From a virus: a stretch of DNA of 64,000 nt. Of this stretch, positions 9,383 to 19,900 are shown piece by piece; positions within the stretch are counted from its first letter, which is position 1; the number at the start of each line of letters is the position of its first letter. The translations under genes were made by a program, and so were the position numbers. The notes under the pieces are model-generated. The model saw nothing but the letters and a program-made list of their open reading frames with translations, did not search any database and was not told the origin of the DNA. The stretch lies in IMG/VR virus record IMGVR_UViG_3300031539_000002; one strand, written 5' to 3'.

Positions 9383-10084
9383 GTGAATTTTATGAGTGCA
9401 GCAGAGCAGACACGAGATGAGTTAATCGCTTTGATTCCGACTGACGCAAAGCGCGTCAAGGTCATCGACGAGAAAGGCCAGGAGCGTTGGCGCGATCTTG
9501 AGGCCGATGGGTTCGATGCCATTTTGGATTCGGACGAGATCGTCTTGGTGTCTGGACGTCCGCACATCATGACTGAGAAGCCCGGTCGTCGGAAGAAGGC
9601 GCCGGCGCCCAAGCCCCCTGCTCCGACGAGCCAAACGGTTGCGCAGCTCATGGCTGCGAAGGCGTATTTCTTCGACAACGACCCTCTCTTGCTTCAGCTC
9701 GAGCGCGGTCTCGATTCGGAAGATGTCCTGCACCTTGTGATGCAGGGGTTCGCTCAAGAAGCTGCCTCTCTCAACTTTGAGCGCGTCGAGGCGGAGCGAA
9801 CTGGCAAGGAGACGAGCCAGCTTTCCATCCGTCGCATCAACGCCCTCAAGGCCCTTGGTGAAACGTGGATCAAGCGCAAGGAGCAACTTTCGGGTCGCAT
9901 GATCGACCTCGAGAGCCCCGCGTTTCGCCAGCTCTTTGAGTTCATGCTCGAGTGTTTCCGCGAGTCCATGCGCAATGGCGGGATCTCCCGAGACCAAGCC
10001 GAGACGGTCTTCGTCGCGCTCTCAGAGCGCATGACGGAGGAGACGTGGGAGGAAGAAGCGCGCAAGAAGATGAGGGGAGCGTGA
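9383..10084 (+). CDS. Candidate terminase small subunit
   Basis: Helical ~230-aa protein directly upstream of TerL; position is the only evidence. Confidence 0.4.
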   Translation: MNFMSAAEQTRDELIALIPTDAKRVKVIDEKGQERWRDLEADGFDAILDSDEIVLVSGRPHIMTEKPGRRKKAPAPKPPAPTSQTVAQLMAAKAYFFDNDPLLLQLERGLDSEDVLHLVMQGFAQEAASLNFERVEAERTGKETSQLSIRRINALKALGETWIKRKEQLSGRMIDLESPAFRQLFEFMLECFRESMRNGGISRDQAETVFVALSERMTEETWEEEARKKMRGA

Positions 10085-10088
10085 ACCC

Positions 10089-11993
10089 GTGGCAGGCAAA
10101 GCTTCCAGCAACCTCGCCCGGATCGCTCTCAACGCCGGGCGCCTCAAGATTGAGGGAGGCAGACGTGAAGTTGTTGACATCATCACCTTCATCGAAGCCG
10201 ACTGGGGTCTGAAGTTCAAGCTCTGGCCCGTCCAGAGAGTCATTCTCAAGGCGCACTACGGCATCGAGCTCGACGACAATCCTGCCAACAAGTTCAAGAT
10301 CACGGACTGGAAGCGGGAGAACGAGCAGTGGTTCACTGAGGCGGAGTACCTGCGGTGGAAGCACGAACGCGGCGAGTGCAACATCGCTGAGGTCGTCCCG
10401 GGGCATGAGCGTCGCAACCTGATTCTGCCCATTGGGCGCCGGTCGGGTAAGACGACGATCTCTGCGTGCATCGCTGCCTACGAGACGTACAAGCTGATCA
10501 ACAAGGGCAACCCGCAGAGCTATTACGGGCTCGCCCCTTCCAACCCGATCCGTCTCATCTCAGTTGCGACTGGCAAGGACCAGGCCGGTCTCCTCTACGA
10601 AGAGGTCAGCCACCACTTCGCCAAGTGCAACTTCTTCAAGCGCTACACAGCGAACAACACGCTGTCCTACGCGCGTTTCCAGACTCCTCACGACATCGAT
10701 GAGTTTGGCGCCTACTCGGAGAACCCCCGAGCTCGTGCAAGCGTCCGCGTCTCCTTCGCAGCTTGTAACGCCAAGAGCCTCCGCGGGTCTGGCAACGTCG
10801 TCATCATCCTCGATGAGGTTGCCCACTTCCTCGAGCAGGGCGGCAGCTCGGCCGAGGAGGTCTACACAGCGCTGTCTCCGTCAAACAAGGCGTTCACACC
10901 GAAGGATGAGTACGGAGAGAACATCTACGGAGAGGCCACTGAATCTGAGGGTCGGATCATCATGATCTCGTCGCCCCTCGGCAGGCAGGGGCTGTTCTAC
11001 GAGAAGTTCAAACAGGCGATGGGTGGCGGCGAGTCCACCACGAACATGCTCGCTGTGCAGGCGCCTACGTGGGAGGTCAACCCGACCATGTCCGCGGCGG
11101 CGTTCAAAGAGGAGTACGCCTTCGACCCCCGTAAGTTCGCGGTCGAGTTCGGGGCGGAGTTTTCCGACCGGACCCTCGGTTGGCTTGAGGACGACCAAGA
11201 CTTGTGGGCCTGCGTCGACAAGAGCCTACGAGCTCGTCATCGAGGACAACCTCGCTTGGCCTATTTCGTTGGATTCGACCTTGGTCTCGTCAACGATGCG
11301 TCTTCGATCGCCATCACGCACATCGATCCTGATGGCCGCATCATCCTCGATTACATCGGCAAGATGCAGGCCGGGGAGGGCGAGTACGCCGACTACGACC
11401 GCCTTGAGTTCGAGGACGTGGCCAACTGGATTCACCTTCTCTCGCGTCGATTCCGTTTCTACAAGGGTCTGTTCGATCAATGGGGAGCGATCCCTCTTGA
11501 GCAGGCACTCGCCAAGAAGGGGCTCACGATGCTCGAGGGCAAGCTGTTCACGGCGCCCGAGAAGAGCCAGATCTGGCAGAACTTCAAGTCGATGATGTGG
11601 GACCGCATTGGCGGCAAGCCCCGCCTCGGGTTCTACGACATCACGGACCGCGAGAAGCAGGAGTACATCCGGCGCGAAGAGAAGCCTCCTGAGCACCTTG
11701 AGTACCTTGAGGAGCTGCGGTCTCTCCAAGCCACCTTCAAGAGCAAGTACATCATCCACGTCGAAGCCCCGCAGTCGGATGGGAAACACGACGACATGGC
11801 AGACGCCTTGGCGCGTTCGATCTACTTGGCGAGTCAGCATCTCGGGAAGCTCAAGCACATCGCGGGTTCAAGGACGAACGCGGACCCCAATCAGCCACAA
11901 GTGTCTGCGAAGGTCCGTCGTTTGAACCATCGGAAACGTCTCGCCGGGGGCTCCGATCCAAAGCGGATGGTCCCCAGGAAGCGGAGGCGATAG
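10089..11993 (+). CDS. terL: Terminase large subunit
   Basis: Walker A GRRSGKT, Walker B IILDEVAH, coupling motif ISSP, RNase-H-like GFDLG and HDDMADA. Confidence 0.92.
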   Translation: MAGKASSNLARIALNAGRLKIEGGRREVVDIITFIEADWGLKFKLWPVQRVILKAHYGIELDDNPANKFKITDWKRENEQWFTEAEYLRWKHERGECNIAEVVPGHERRNLILPIGRRSGKTTISACIAAYETYKLINKGNPQSYYGLAPSNPIRLISVATGKDQAGLLYEEVSHHFAKCNFFKRYTANNTLSYARFQTPHDIDEFGAYSENPRARASVRVSFAACNAKSLRGSGNVVIILDEVAHFLEQGGSSAEEVYTALSPSNKAFTPKDEYGENIYGEATESEGRIIMISSPLGRQGLFYEKFKQAMGGGESTTNMLAVQAPTWEVNPTMSAAAFKEEYAFDPRKFAVEFGAEFSDRTLGWLEDDQDLWACVDKSLRARHRGQPRLAYFVGFDLGLVNDASSIAITHIDPDGRIILDYIGKMQAGEGEYADYDRLEFEDVANWIHLLSRRFRFYKGLFDQWGAIPLEQALAKKGLTMLEGKLFTAPEKSQIWQNFKSMMWDRIGGKPRLGFYDITDREKQEYIRREEKPPEHLEYLEELRSLQATFKSKYIIHVEAPQSDGKHDDMADALARSIYLASQHLGKLKHIAGSRTNADPNQPQVSAKVRRLNHRKRLAGGSDPKRMVPRKRRR

Positions 11994-11996
11994 CCG

Positions 11997-12257
11997 ATGT
12001 CCGACAAAGGGATCATGCCGGGCGATCCCAACCGGGCCGACCACCGGTTCATCGCCTATTCGCTCGATAACTTCATGAAGCCGAAGTGCCTTCATTTTCC
12101 GAAGGAGTTCGACAGAGTGGCGAAGGTTTTCAAACGTGCGGGAGGTTCTTGGGAACGCATCTTCACGGGTTCTGCCCGGGATGTGGTGCTCCTGCGCCGT
12201 ATTCTAAAGCTCGCAATCAAGAAGGGCTTCATCACCAAGGAGCCGACCTTTCGGTAG
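11997..12257 (+). CDS. Hypothetical protein
   Basis: GGAGG RBS, operon context. Confidence 0.6.
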   Translation: MSDKGIMPGDPNRADHRFIAYSLDNFMKPKCLHFPKEFDRVAKVFKRAGGSWERIFTGSARDVVLLRRILKLAIKKGFITKEPTFR

Positions 12258-12266
12258 GGTGTCGAG

Positions 12267-12719
12267 ATGTCCGAGCACGAGGATAGCGAAGAGCAGGAAA
12301 GGTTCGTGCCGGCGGAACGGCAGACCATTCGGGACGCCATTCTTGCCCAGGCTGAGGAGCGCCGCCGTGAAGAAGCGGAGCGTGAGCATGCGGAGCGTCG
12401 ACAGGCTCGGGAAGACCGTATCCAAAAACGACGCACCACGGATCTCAAGAAGGCTCGAGACCGCAAAGCGAAGAATCTGAGGGCCGTCAACGAGTCAAAT
12501 GCCCGGACGCGGGCGCACCTCTCGGACGCTGCTCGATCCCTCAAGGCTGCTCTCAAAGCCGCCACTGGGGTCAAACTGTCCCGGCACAGCGACGAGGGAC
12601 GGCAACAACAGCGCGATGTTCGTTCGATCCAGGCCTCGATGGCCTCGCTTCGTGGCGTCGGCGCAGGCGATTTTGACGAAGCCAACTTCGAGGTCGATCT
12701 TGACTTGGACGTTGGATAA
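12267..12719 (+). CDS. Hypothetical coiled-coil protein
   Basis: E/R-rich helical sequence between TerL and portal. Confidence 0.6.
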   Translation: MSEHEDSEEQERFVPAERQTIRDAILAQAEERRREEAEREHAERRQAREDRIQKRRTTDLKKARDRKAKNLRAVNESNARTRAHLSDAARSLKAALKAATGVKLSRHSDEGRQQQRDVRSIQASMASLRGVGAGDFDEANFEVDLDLDVG

Positions 12720-12772
12720 CCACCACACCACCACAGAACTACAGAACACAGAACTACAGGAGATGAGCAGCC

Positions 12773-14758
12773 ATGCCAGCGGAAGGATCAGGTAAAGCAA
12801 TCGCCGGACCAGCGTCAACGACGGTTCGGACAAACGAGGGCGCACGCGTCGTGGCTGAGGTGCCGAACCATCGGACTCAGGTTCGCATTGGCAAGCCGTC
12901 CCGGGTGGTCGTTGGATCGATGCGCTCGCAAAACAAGTCGAGCTTCCGAGCAAGGGTGGCCGCTTCTTGCGGCCCCGGCAGCGGTGGCTTTGGCGGGACC
13001 GGTGGCGCATACGGCGGTGGCGGTGGCGGTGGTGGTGGCGGCGGGTTCGGAGGCAACGGGGGTGGTGGCGCAGTTGCCCAAGCATCCGCGGGCAACTTCT
13101 ATTCGCCCGAGCTGTCGACGGACTTCCTTGAGCTTCCGCAGTCTCTCAACGAGCAGTGGAACTACTACCGATTCTTCTACAACAACGAGCCGTTCGTCGG
13201 GCAGGCCCTTGACCTGCACACTGAGCTGCCGTTGTCGAAGGTCCGCCTTGCTCGCCCCAAGGCCAAAAGCAAGGCGCTTGCAGACCGGGCACTCCGTTTC
13301 TGCGAGAAGTGGGTCGAGGGCATCGGACTGCTGCAACGGCTGCTGGAGATCGTCCACGACTACTTCCTCATCGGGGAGGTCTACATCTTCTGCGAGGATG
13401 CCAACCCCGACATGCCTCGGGAGGTTCGGCAGAAGGTCGTCCGTCGCGTGGAGCACGACGGCACTCTCACAGAGCAGTGGATCGACCGCGAAGAGGCCGA
13501 TGACCTCGCTGTTGAATGGCTCAAGCAGAACTACAAGGGGCTCACGAACGTCCGCATCCTACCTCCTGAGCAGGTGCACATCCAGACGTTCCCGTTCACG
13601 GATGAAGTGATCATCGAGCTTATCCCTGACTCCAAGACGAAGCACGTCCTCGAGATGGCTGAGCAGGGGGACCGCAACGCACAACGCGTGGCAGATTCTA
13701 TGGACCCTGTGGTCATCGAGGCTCTTCGTCGCGGTGACAACATCCCGCTGTCCACGGACCCTGATGGGGGCTCGTTCGTCCACTACATGGCGAACAAGAA
13801 GTCGCAGTACGAGCCGCGCGGCCACAGCATCCTCCAGCGATGCCTCCGTACGCTCGTGTACTTCGACAAACTCCGTCAGGCGCAGACGAGTATCGCTTCG
13901 CGCCACATGACTCCTGTGCGTCTCGTCTACGCCGAGGACATGAGCGAGGCCGACACGGAGAACCTGCGCGACCAGATTGACCTCGCGCTCCAAGACCCCG
14001 ACTACTCGATCGTCACGAACTTCCAGGTCACCTGGGAGGAGATGAACTCAAACGGCCGTCTCCTTGAGCTCACGGGAGAGTACGACCTCATCAGCCGTCA
14101 GCTCTACGCGGGCCTTGGTGTGACTGAGACGTTGCTCAACGGTGAGTCGAGCTACTCGGGTGACCGCATCAACCTCGAGGTCATCAACACGCGCTACATG
14201 CTGCTTCGTGAAAACGTGCAGCGCCTCGTCGAGCAGTACTTCTTCAAGCCGATGTGTCGACGCATGGGCTTCGTGGAGGAGGACGAGGACGGCGAGATGG
14301 TGGTCATCTACCCGAAGCTGAGCTTCACCAGGCTCGCGCTCCGGGACAATCAGGACACCTTCGATGCCCTGTTCCAGCTCTACCAGAAGGGCAGCCTGGA
14401 CATCGAGACGATCCTCGACCTGCTCAACATCGACCCGGTCATGGTCAAGGAGCGCCTCGAGCGAGACTTCGCCACGTTCAACGATGCGCAGTTCAACGAA
14501 GTCCTTCGTTCGGTCTACGGCCGGTCGGGCGACCAACTCGCCGAGAACTCCAACATCGTCAACAAGATCGCGGAACAGCTCGGGCTCGAGTACAGCAAGC
14601 CCGAAGAGCCTGGCATGGGCCGATTCGCGTCCCTCAAGACCGCATCAGAGGGGGGTCTCCAAATTGGTGACGACATGGTTTCCAAGATCGCTGATGCAGT
14701 GGTCGAACGGCTCATGGGGACGCGGAAGGCGCCCGGAGAGCCCTCTGACGAGTCTTAG
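12773..14758 (+). CDS. Portal protein
   Basis: Downstream of TerL; EPFVGQALD, YFLIGEVYIF, RILPPEQV, PRGHSILQRC, LGVTETLL patterns typical of portals; Gly-rich N-terminal extension. Confidence 0.8.
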   Translation: MPAEGSGKAIAGPASTTVRTNEGARVVAEVPNHRTQVRIGKPSRVVVGSMRSQNKSSFRARVAASCGPGSGGFGGTGGAYGGGGGGGGGGGFGGNGGGGAVAQASAGNFYSPELSTDFLELPQSLNEQWNYYRFFYNNEPFVGQALDLHTELPLSKVRLARPKAKSKALADRALRFCEKWVEGIGLLQRLLEIVHDYFLIGEVYIFCEDANPDMPREVRQKVVRRVEHDGTLTEQWIDREEADDLAVEWLKQNYKGLTNVRILPPEQVHIQTFPFTDEVIIELIPDSKTKHVLEMAEQGDRNAQRVADSMDPVVIEALRRGDNIPLSTDPDGGSFVHYMANKKSQYEPRGHSILQRCLRTLVYFDKLRQAQTSIASRHMTPVRLVYAEDMSEADTENLRDQIDLALQDPDYSIVTNFQVTWEEMNSNGRLLELTGEYDLISRQLYAGLGVTETLLNGESSYSGDRINLEVINTRYMLLRENVQRLVEQYFFKPMCRRMGFVEEDEDGEMVVIYPKLSFTRLALRDNQDTFDALFQLYQKGSLDIETILDLLNIDPVMVKERLERDFATFNDAQFNEVLRSVYGRSGDQLAENSNIVNKIAEQLGLEYSKPEEPGMGRFASLKTASEGGLQIGDDMVSKIADAVVERLMGTRKAPGEPSDES

Positions 14759-14759
14759 C

Positions 14760-14781
14760 GGTTTTCGGTCTATCGCGGCCC
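14760..14781 (+). promoter_or_regulatory. Putative late-promoter motif
   Basis: GGTTTTCGGTCTATCGCGGCCC. Confidence 0.6.
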
Positions 14782-14799
14782 TTCTAGCGGAGGGTTCGC

Positions 14800-16923
14800 G
14801 TGCCCCAGCCTGCGCCACAGAACTTCACGAAAATCGCTAACCGCGTCGTCCAGAGATGGATGCGGCGAAGTGTGCGTGTGGCCAAAGCGACGGGGACCAA
14901 GACCGGCCAAGGCGAATCGGTCGGGCTGTTCATCCCGCTCCCGAAGGACCTGGCCAAGCAGTTCCCAGACTTGGGGAAGAACGACTCTTCCCCCTCTCAT
15001 GTCACCTTCCTCTACATCGGGGATTTCAAGGACAAGGAGCAGCAAGAAAAACTCGTCGAGGTCCTCCGCGAGACGATGCGGAAGTGGTGGCCCGGAGCCA
15101 AGGCCACCCTCAATGGCCTTGAGTACTTCGACCACCACGACAAGGACCGTCGTGTCCCCCACGTCGCCGTCGATTTCGACAAGGACCTGAGCGGGTTCAA
15201 ACACCGCGTCAAGCAGGAACTCAGCGACGAAGGCATCGAGGTCGGTGACAAGTTCCCTGAGTTCAAGCCTCACGTCACCCTCTCGTACATGCCCGGCATG
15301 GACTCGGAGTGGGAAGGGGAGGTGCCCGAAGGGTCCTGGAACTTCGATGAGATGGAGGTCTGGGGGCTCCCCGAGCTCCACACCATCAAACTCGGACCCT
15401 CGGAGAAGAAGGTCGCCGCATCCTGGCTCCGAGGCAAGGTGGCCGGCTGGTGGGCCATCTCCCCCGGCAACCCAGGGATCAACCCGCCTCCCGTGGACAA
15501 GGGCGGCCTACTGAATGCACTCCCTGGCACAGACCCCGATAGCGCCCGCTACAACGGAGACGGGCCGGCTGACATCATGGGCAATGCGCTCGCTGCCGTG
15601 AACCAGGAGTATATTGACGCGTGGAAGCGTCCTGCGACTCCCGAGGAGATGCAGGCAGTCTTCGACTTCGTCTACGGAGGATTCGAGCGAGCACCCGAGC
15701 ACTACCTCCCCAAAGGCGATTCTGTCAGCCTCCGGGTAGCGGCTCGTTACATGCAGTCTTCCGTCCATCGCAAAAACATCTCCCTCATGAAGTGGCTCTC
15801 GCAACTGACCCGTCGATTGGGGGTTGGCCGGGACACGTACGTCGTGGGTGGTGCTGTGCGGAACTTTTTGATCGATCAGCCGATCAAGGACATCGACATT
15901 GTCATCGATACCACGAAGGCTGGCCGTGACTCTGACTGGCTCGCCAAGCAGATCGCTCGCAACATCCCAGCTCCCACGAACGTCACCACGAATCAATATG
16001 GCGTCGCCATCCTGACCGTGAAGGGGACGTGGATGATCGGAGGGGACGACCTCAACGGCGAAGTCCTTGAGATCGCCAACGCTCGCAAGGAAAGCTATGG
16101 GGGCCAGGGCGGCAAGGGCTACAAGCCTCACGCAGTCGCCCCTGCCACAATCGATGAGGACGTGCTTCGACGCGAGTTCACGTTCAACACGCTGCTATGG
16201 CGCATGATGGACTTGGCCCATGGTCCTGACAAAGCCGAGATCATCGACCTCACTGGCTGCGGTCGTCGTGACCTCGATCAGCGTGTGGTTCGTTGTCCGC
16301 AAGACCCCGACAAGGTGTTTTCGGATGACCCGACTCGGATGCTCCGGGCCATCAAGTTCACCGGCAAGTACGGCTTCAAGATTCCTCCCGATGTGGTGCG
16401 CTCCATCAAGCGCAACGTCTCCAAGCTCAAGCGCATGCCGTGGGAGGCTGTGGCGTCGATTCTCGTGAACGACGTGATGAGTCAGCCGACTGCTCGCAAG
16501 TCTCTCAAGCAGATGAAGGACCTTGGGTTGCTCGACACTGTGTCGGAGATGATCCAGGAGCAGAAGCCGTTCGCCACGTACATGAGCAACCAGCTCCGTC
16601 GCAACCGCAAGGTCCAGTTCTTGCTCGACCTCCTCGAGCTGGGCGTCCCCGCATCGACGCCGATCTCGTTTCTCGACCGCGCAGGCCAGCAGCGGTTGCG
16701 AGACCTGACTGTTTCGATGCCTGAGAAGGAGGCCGTCGCCTTCGTCGAGAATCTCATCAAGCCTCCTGTGGACAACAAGCGCATCATCGACGTGCTCAAG
16801 TTGGAGGGCCCCGATCGCCGTCACATCACCCCGACTGCTCGGCATCTGATCCTGCAAAATCCCGAGCTCGCGTCCAAGGGACAGCATCTCACTGACGCTG
16901 TCATCAAGGGATTGAGGAAGTGA
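14800..16923 (+). CDS. 2H phosphoesterase fused to CCA-adding/poly(A)-polymerase-type nucleotidyltransferase
   Basis: Two HxT motifs (HVTF, HVTL); class II NTase motifs VGGAVRN...DIDI, RREFTFN, DDPTRMLRAIKF. Confidence 0.85.
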   Translation: MPQPAPQNFTKIANRVVQRWMRRSVRVAKATGTKTGQGESVGLFIPLPKDLAKQFPDLGKNDSSPSHVTFLYIGDFKDKEQQEKLVEVLRETMRKWWPGAKATLNGLEYFDHHDKDRRVPHVAVDFDKDLSGFKHRVKQELSDEGIEVGDKFPEFKPHVTLSYMPGMDSEWEGEVPEGSWNFDEMEVWGLPELHTIKLGPSEKKVAASWLRGKVAGWWAISPGNPGINPPPVDKGGLLNALPGTDPDSARYNGDGPADIMGNALAAVNQEYIDAWKRPATPEEMQAVFDFVYGGFERAPEHYLPKGDSVSLRVAARYMQSSVHRKNISLMKWLSQLTRRLGVGRDTYVVGGAVRNFLIDQPIKDIDIVIDTTKAGRDSDWLAKQIARNIPAPTNVTTNQYGVAILTVKGTWMIGGDDLNGEVLEIANARKESYGGQGGKGYKPHAVAPATIDEDVLRREFTFNTLLWRMMDLAHGPDKAEIIDLTGCGRRDLDQRVVRCPQDPDKVFSDDPTRMLRAIKFTGKYGFKIPPDVVRSIKRNVSKLKRMPWEAVASILVNDVMSQPTARKSLKQMKDLGLLDTVSEMIQEQKPFATYMSNQLRRNRKVQFLLDLLELGVPASTPISFLDRAGQQRLRDLTVSMPEKEAVAFVENLIKPPVDNKRIIDVLKLEGPDRRHITPTARHLILQNPELASKGQHLTDAVIKGLRK

Positions 16924-19900
16924 ACGCTCTCGTCGCACGCGTGGCTGCACGCCACATGGCTGCTCAGGATGATTTCTCCGTGGGCGACGAGGTGCTGTTT
17001 GGCAAGTACAAGAACAAGCGCGGCAAGATCGTGCGTCTGTTTGAGGATGAACGCGGCATCCCATCCGTCGAGATTGAGCCCATCCCCAAGGGTCGCAAAC
17101 AGAACCGTGTGATCGGCCTCTACAAGATCTGGAAGGGCGACCATCGCAAGCAGGCCGCGTACTCCAAGGAGTTTTTGGAGTTCGTTCAGGGACGCCGTTT
17201 CCAAAACCCCGACACCGGCAACCAAGTCTTGTTCCAGAGCCTTGAGGTTCCTGAGCAGGTCAAGATTTACCAGCAGTGGGGTGCCGCACAGAACGCCCAA
17301 GAAGAGAAGCCTGAGGGCCGAGAGCGCCACGAGCCCGGAAGGCTCCCGCCTGCGTGGAACCGTGACTCGGACATGGCACGTAAGGTAGAGAAACTCGCGG
17401 AAGAGTACGCGACGGAGTACGAGGATTTCTTTGACGGAATGCGACAAGTGTCCGTGGAGGACGAGCGCTATCGAGGGGCCGAATTCGCGGGCGAGGCGGT
17501 TATGCTCCGCGAGTGGGACCGTCACATCCCTGGGTACGTGCGGTTGCCCCCCTCTTCCACTTTGGAGGCTATGAGCGACGAAGATCGGCGCATCGCGCTG
17601 ACTTCATGGGACGCCGGTGTCAAGTTCATGGACGAGGTGCTTGGGGATGGTGAACGTCTTTCCCTTTTAGAGACCATGAAGCCTTCGGGAGAAGGAGGGT
17701 CGCTGGGGTCCCCCGGAGAAGGCTGGATCGACTCGACCCACAGCCCTGGAGCCCAACGTCTGCAAGGAGCTCTCCGAGAGTTGGGTATCGAGACACACCT
17801 GCCGTCTCGAGGCATCGAAGACCATGCAAAATGGCGTGACGAAGGGGCATCGAACGACCTACTCAAGAGTGCGTTGACGAAGGCGATGGCATGGCAACGC
17901 GCCTACTTCGCTGCGATGGGTGTTGAGGATGTGATGCTTTTCCGGGGAGCCAGTCTCGGTGACGAGGTGGCACGTCAACAGGAGCCCCACCCAACCGACA
18001 AACAGCAGAAATATCTTCCTCAAGGGATTCCGGTCACGTTGCAGAGTCGCCAGGAACTCTCGAGTTTCACGATGGACCCTTACGTTGCCTACAACTTCAC
18101 TCATCGAAATCGGAGTCCGGGAGAGAGTGACGAGAGCTACGAGAGTCGGGCGGGGAATTCCCTTCGCGGAGCAGTGGCGTACCGGGTTCCTGTTGACCGG
18201 ATTGTTTTGTCCCCAGCCGCAATCCCACAGCTCGGGCCTGCAACTCCGAAAATCAAGGAGGGCTACCGAGAGGTCGAGTTCATTGTGGGGGGCATTGGGG
18301 AACTTGAAGGGCGCACGCTGCCTTCACTGGATGCGGGATACGGAGCGGGCCGGTACGACCCCGAGAAGATGAAGCTCGCGACCAAGATCACCATCGAGAT
18401 GTCCGACGAAGACGAGGATGCGTGGCATAAGAGCGTGCGACGCGAGAACAAGGGCGACCGCCGCAAACAGGCCGCGTACTCCAAGGAGTTTTTGGACTCT
18501 GTGCAGGGGCAGCGGTTCCGCAACCCCGACACAGGCAACAAGGTCGTTTTCAAGTCGCTCTCCGAAGCAGAGCAACGGAAGATCCACGAGCGATGGGAGG
18601 CCCGTCATCGTAGCCAAGACGCGTCGGGGCCCACGGTGACAGAGCGCGGCCGTACCTTCGAGACAGGCAAGCCCGTTGCGTTTGAGTTCCTCCGCAACAC
18701 TGAGAAGGCTCCCAAGGCCCCTTCGGATTCGGACCCGTACCAGCAGAAGATCGAGCCCGCAGGGTTCTATGTGACCCACAAGGACACGGACGGGGACCCA
18801 CTCCCGGGCTACGACACGGGCACCATCAGTTTTCAGAACCCGCTCGTGCTCGCGGTCAACACCAACCCTGATGGCCCGATCTACGACGAGAACTCTTGGA
18901 AGGCGCAACTCGAGCGTCAGTACGGCAAGCGTGGAAAGGCCCTCACCAAGGCCCTCCAAGCTGACGGATACGACGGCATCGTGACCGTCACCCAAGTTCG
19001 TGGAAAGCCCTACACGTCCGAGATTGTTGTGCTCGACTCCGAAAAGTCTGTGCAGAAGGGCGACGACCGTAAGCGCAGGGCACAAGAGATCGCGGGCATG
19101 GGGTACGAGGCGGCGGCGCAGCTCGACAACGATGAACTTGATAGTGTGGCGTTTGGCGTGAAGCAGGGGGTCCAAGACCTTCGCATCGACCAGCTCAAGG
19201 TCAAGTACGACGCGGATCTTGAGCAGGCTGAGCATGCGGTGTCTCGAGAGCCCGACCGCTGGAAGGAACACCTTGATGAGCCTATTGAGGTCCGTTTCAA
19301 GGATGGGGAGTTCCACATCGAGGACGGCCACCATCGGTACGTGACGGCCCAGCGCATGGGCCGCGACAGCGTGAAGGTGGACCTGACTATCGATGACAAC
19401 CCTGTGAAGAAGATCTTTGAAATGGCCGGCAAGAAAATGGCTTCCTTCCATCGTGAAGCGTGCATCATCGCCGGCCGTCGGTTCGGAGACAGTCTGTGTC
19501 TCATCAAGAACCGCGACCGTGCCTACGACGCAGAGCTCGAGATCGTGCACCTGGAGAAGGACGGCACCGAGATGGCTGTCATCCTCGATACCGTGACCGG
19601 GTACATGGAGGGCGTCAACGAGCACGGGATCGCGGTCGTCAACACAACTCTGATGGTTGTGCGCGACGAAGCCGAGGGCAAGAAGAAGTCCCCCAACGGA
19701 GACAAGGGCAAGAAGCCCCTCACGTCCAAGGACGGCCCCAAGATCTACCGCGCCCTGGCGTGTGACAACATTGAGGATGCCCTTGAGTCCTTGCGCACGG
19801 ACGACAACGGTATTCGGGGCCATACCTTCGTGGCCGACGGCAACAAGTTGTTCTCCATTGAGTGCAGCAAGACGCACCCAGCTCGCGTAACGGAACTCGA

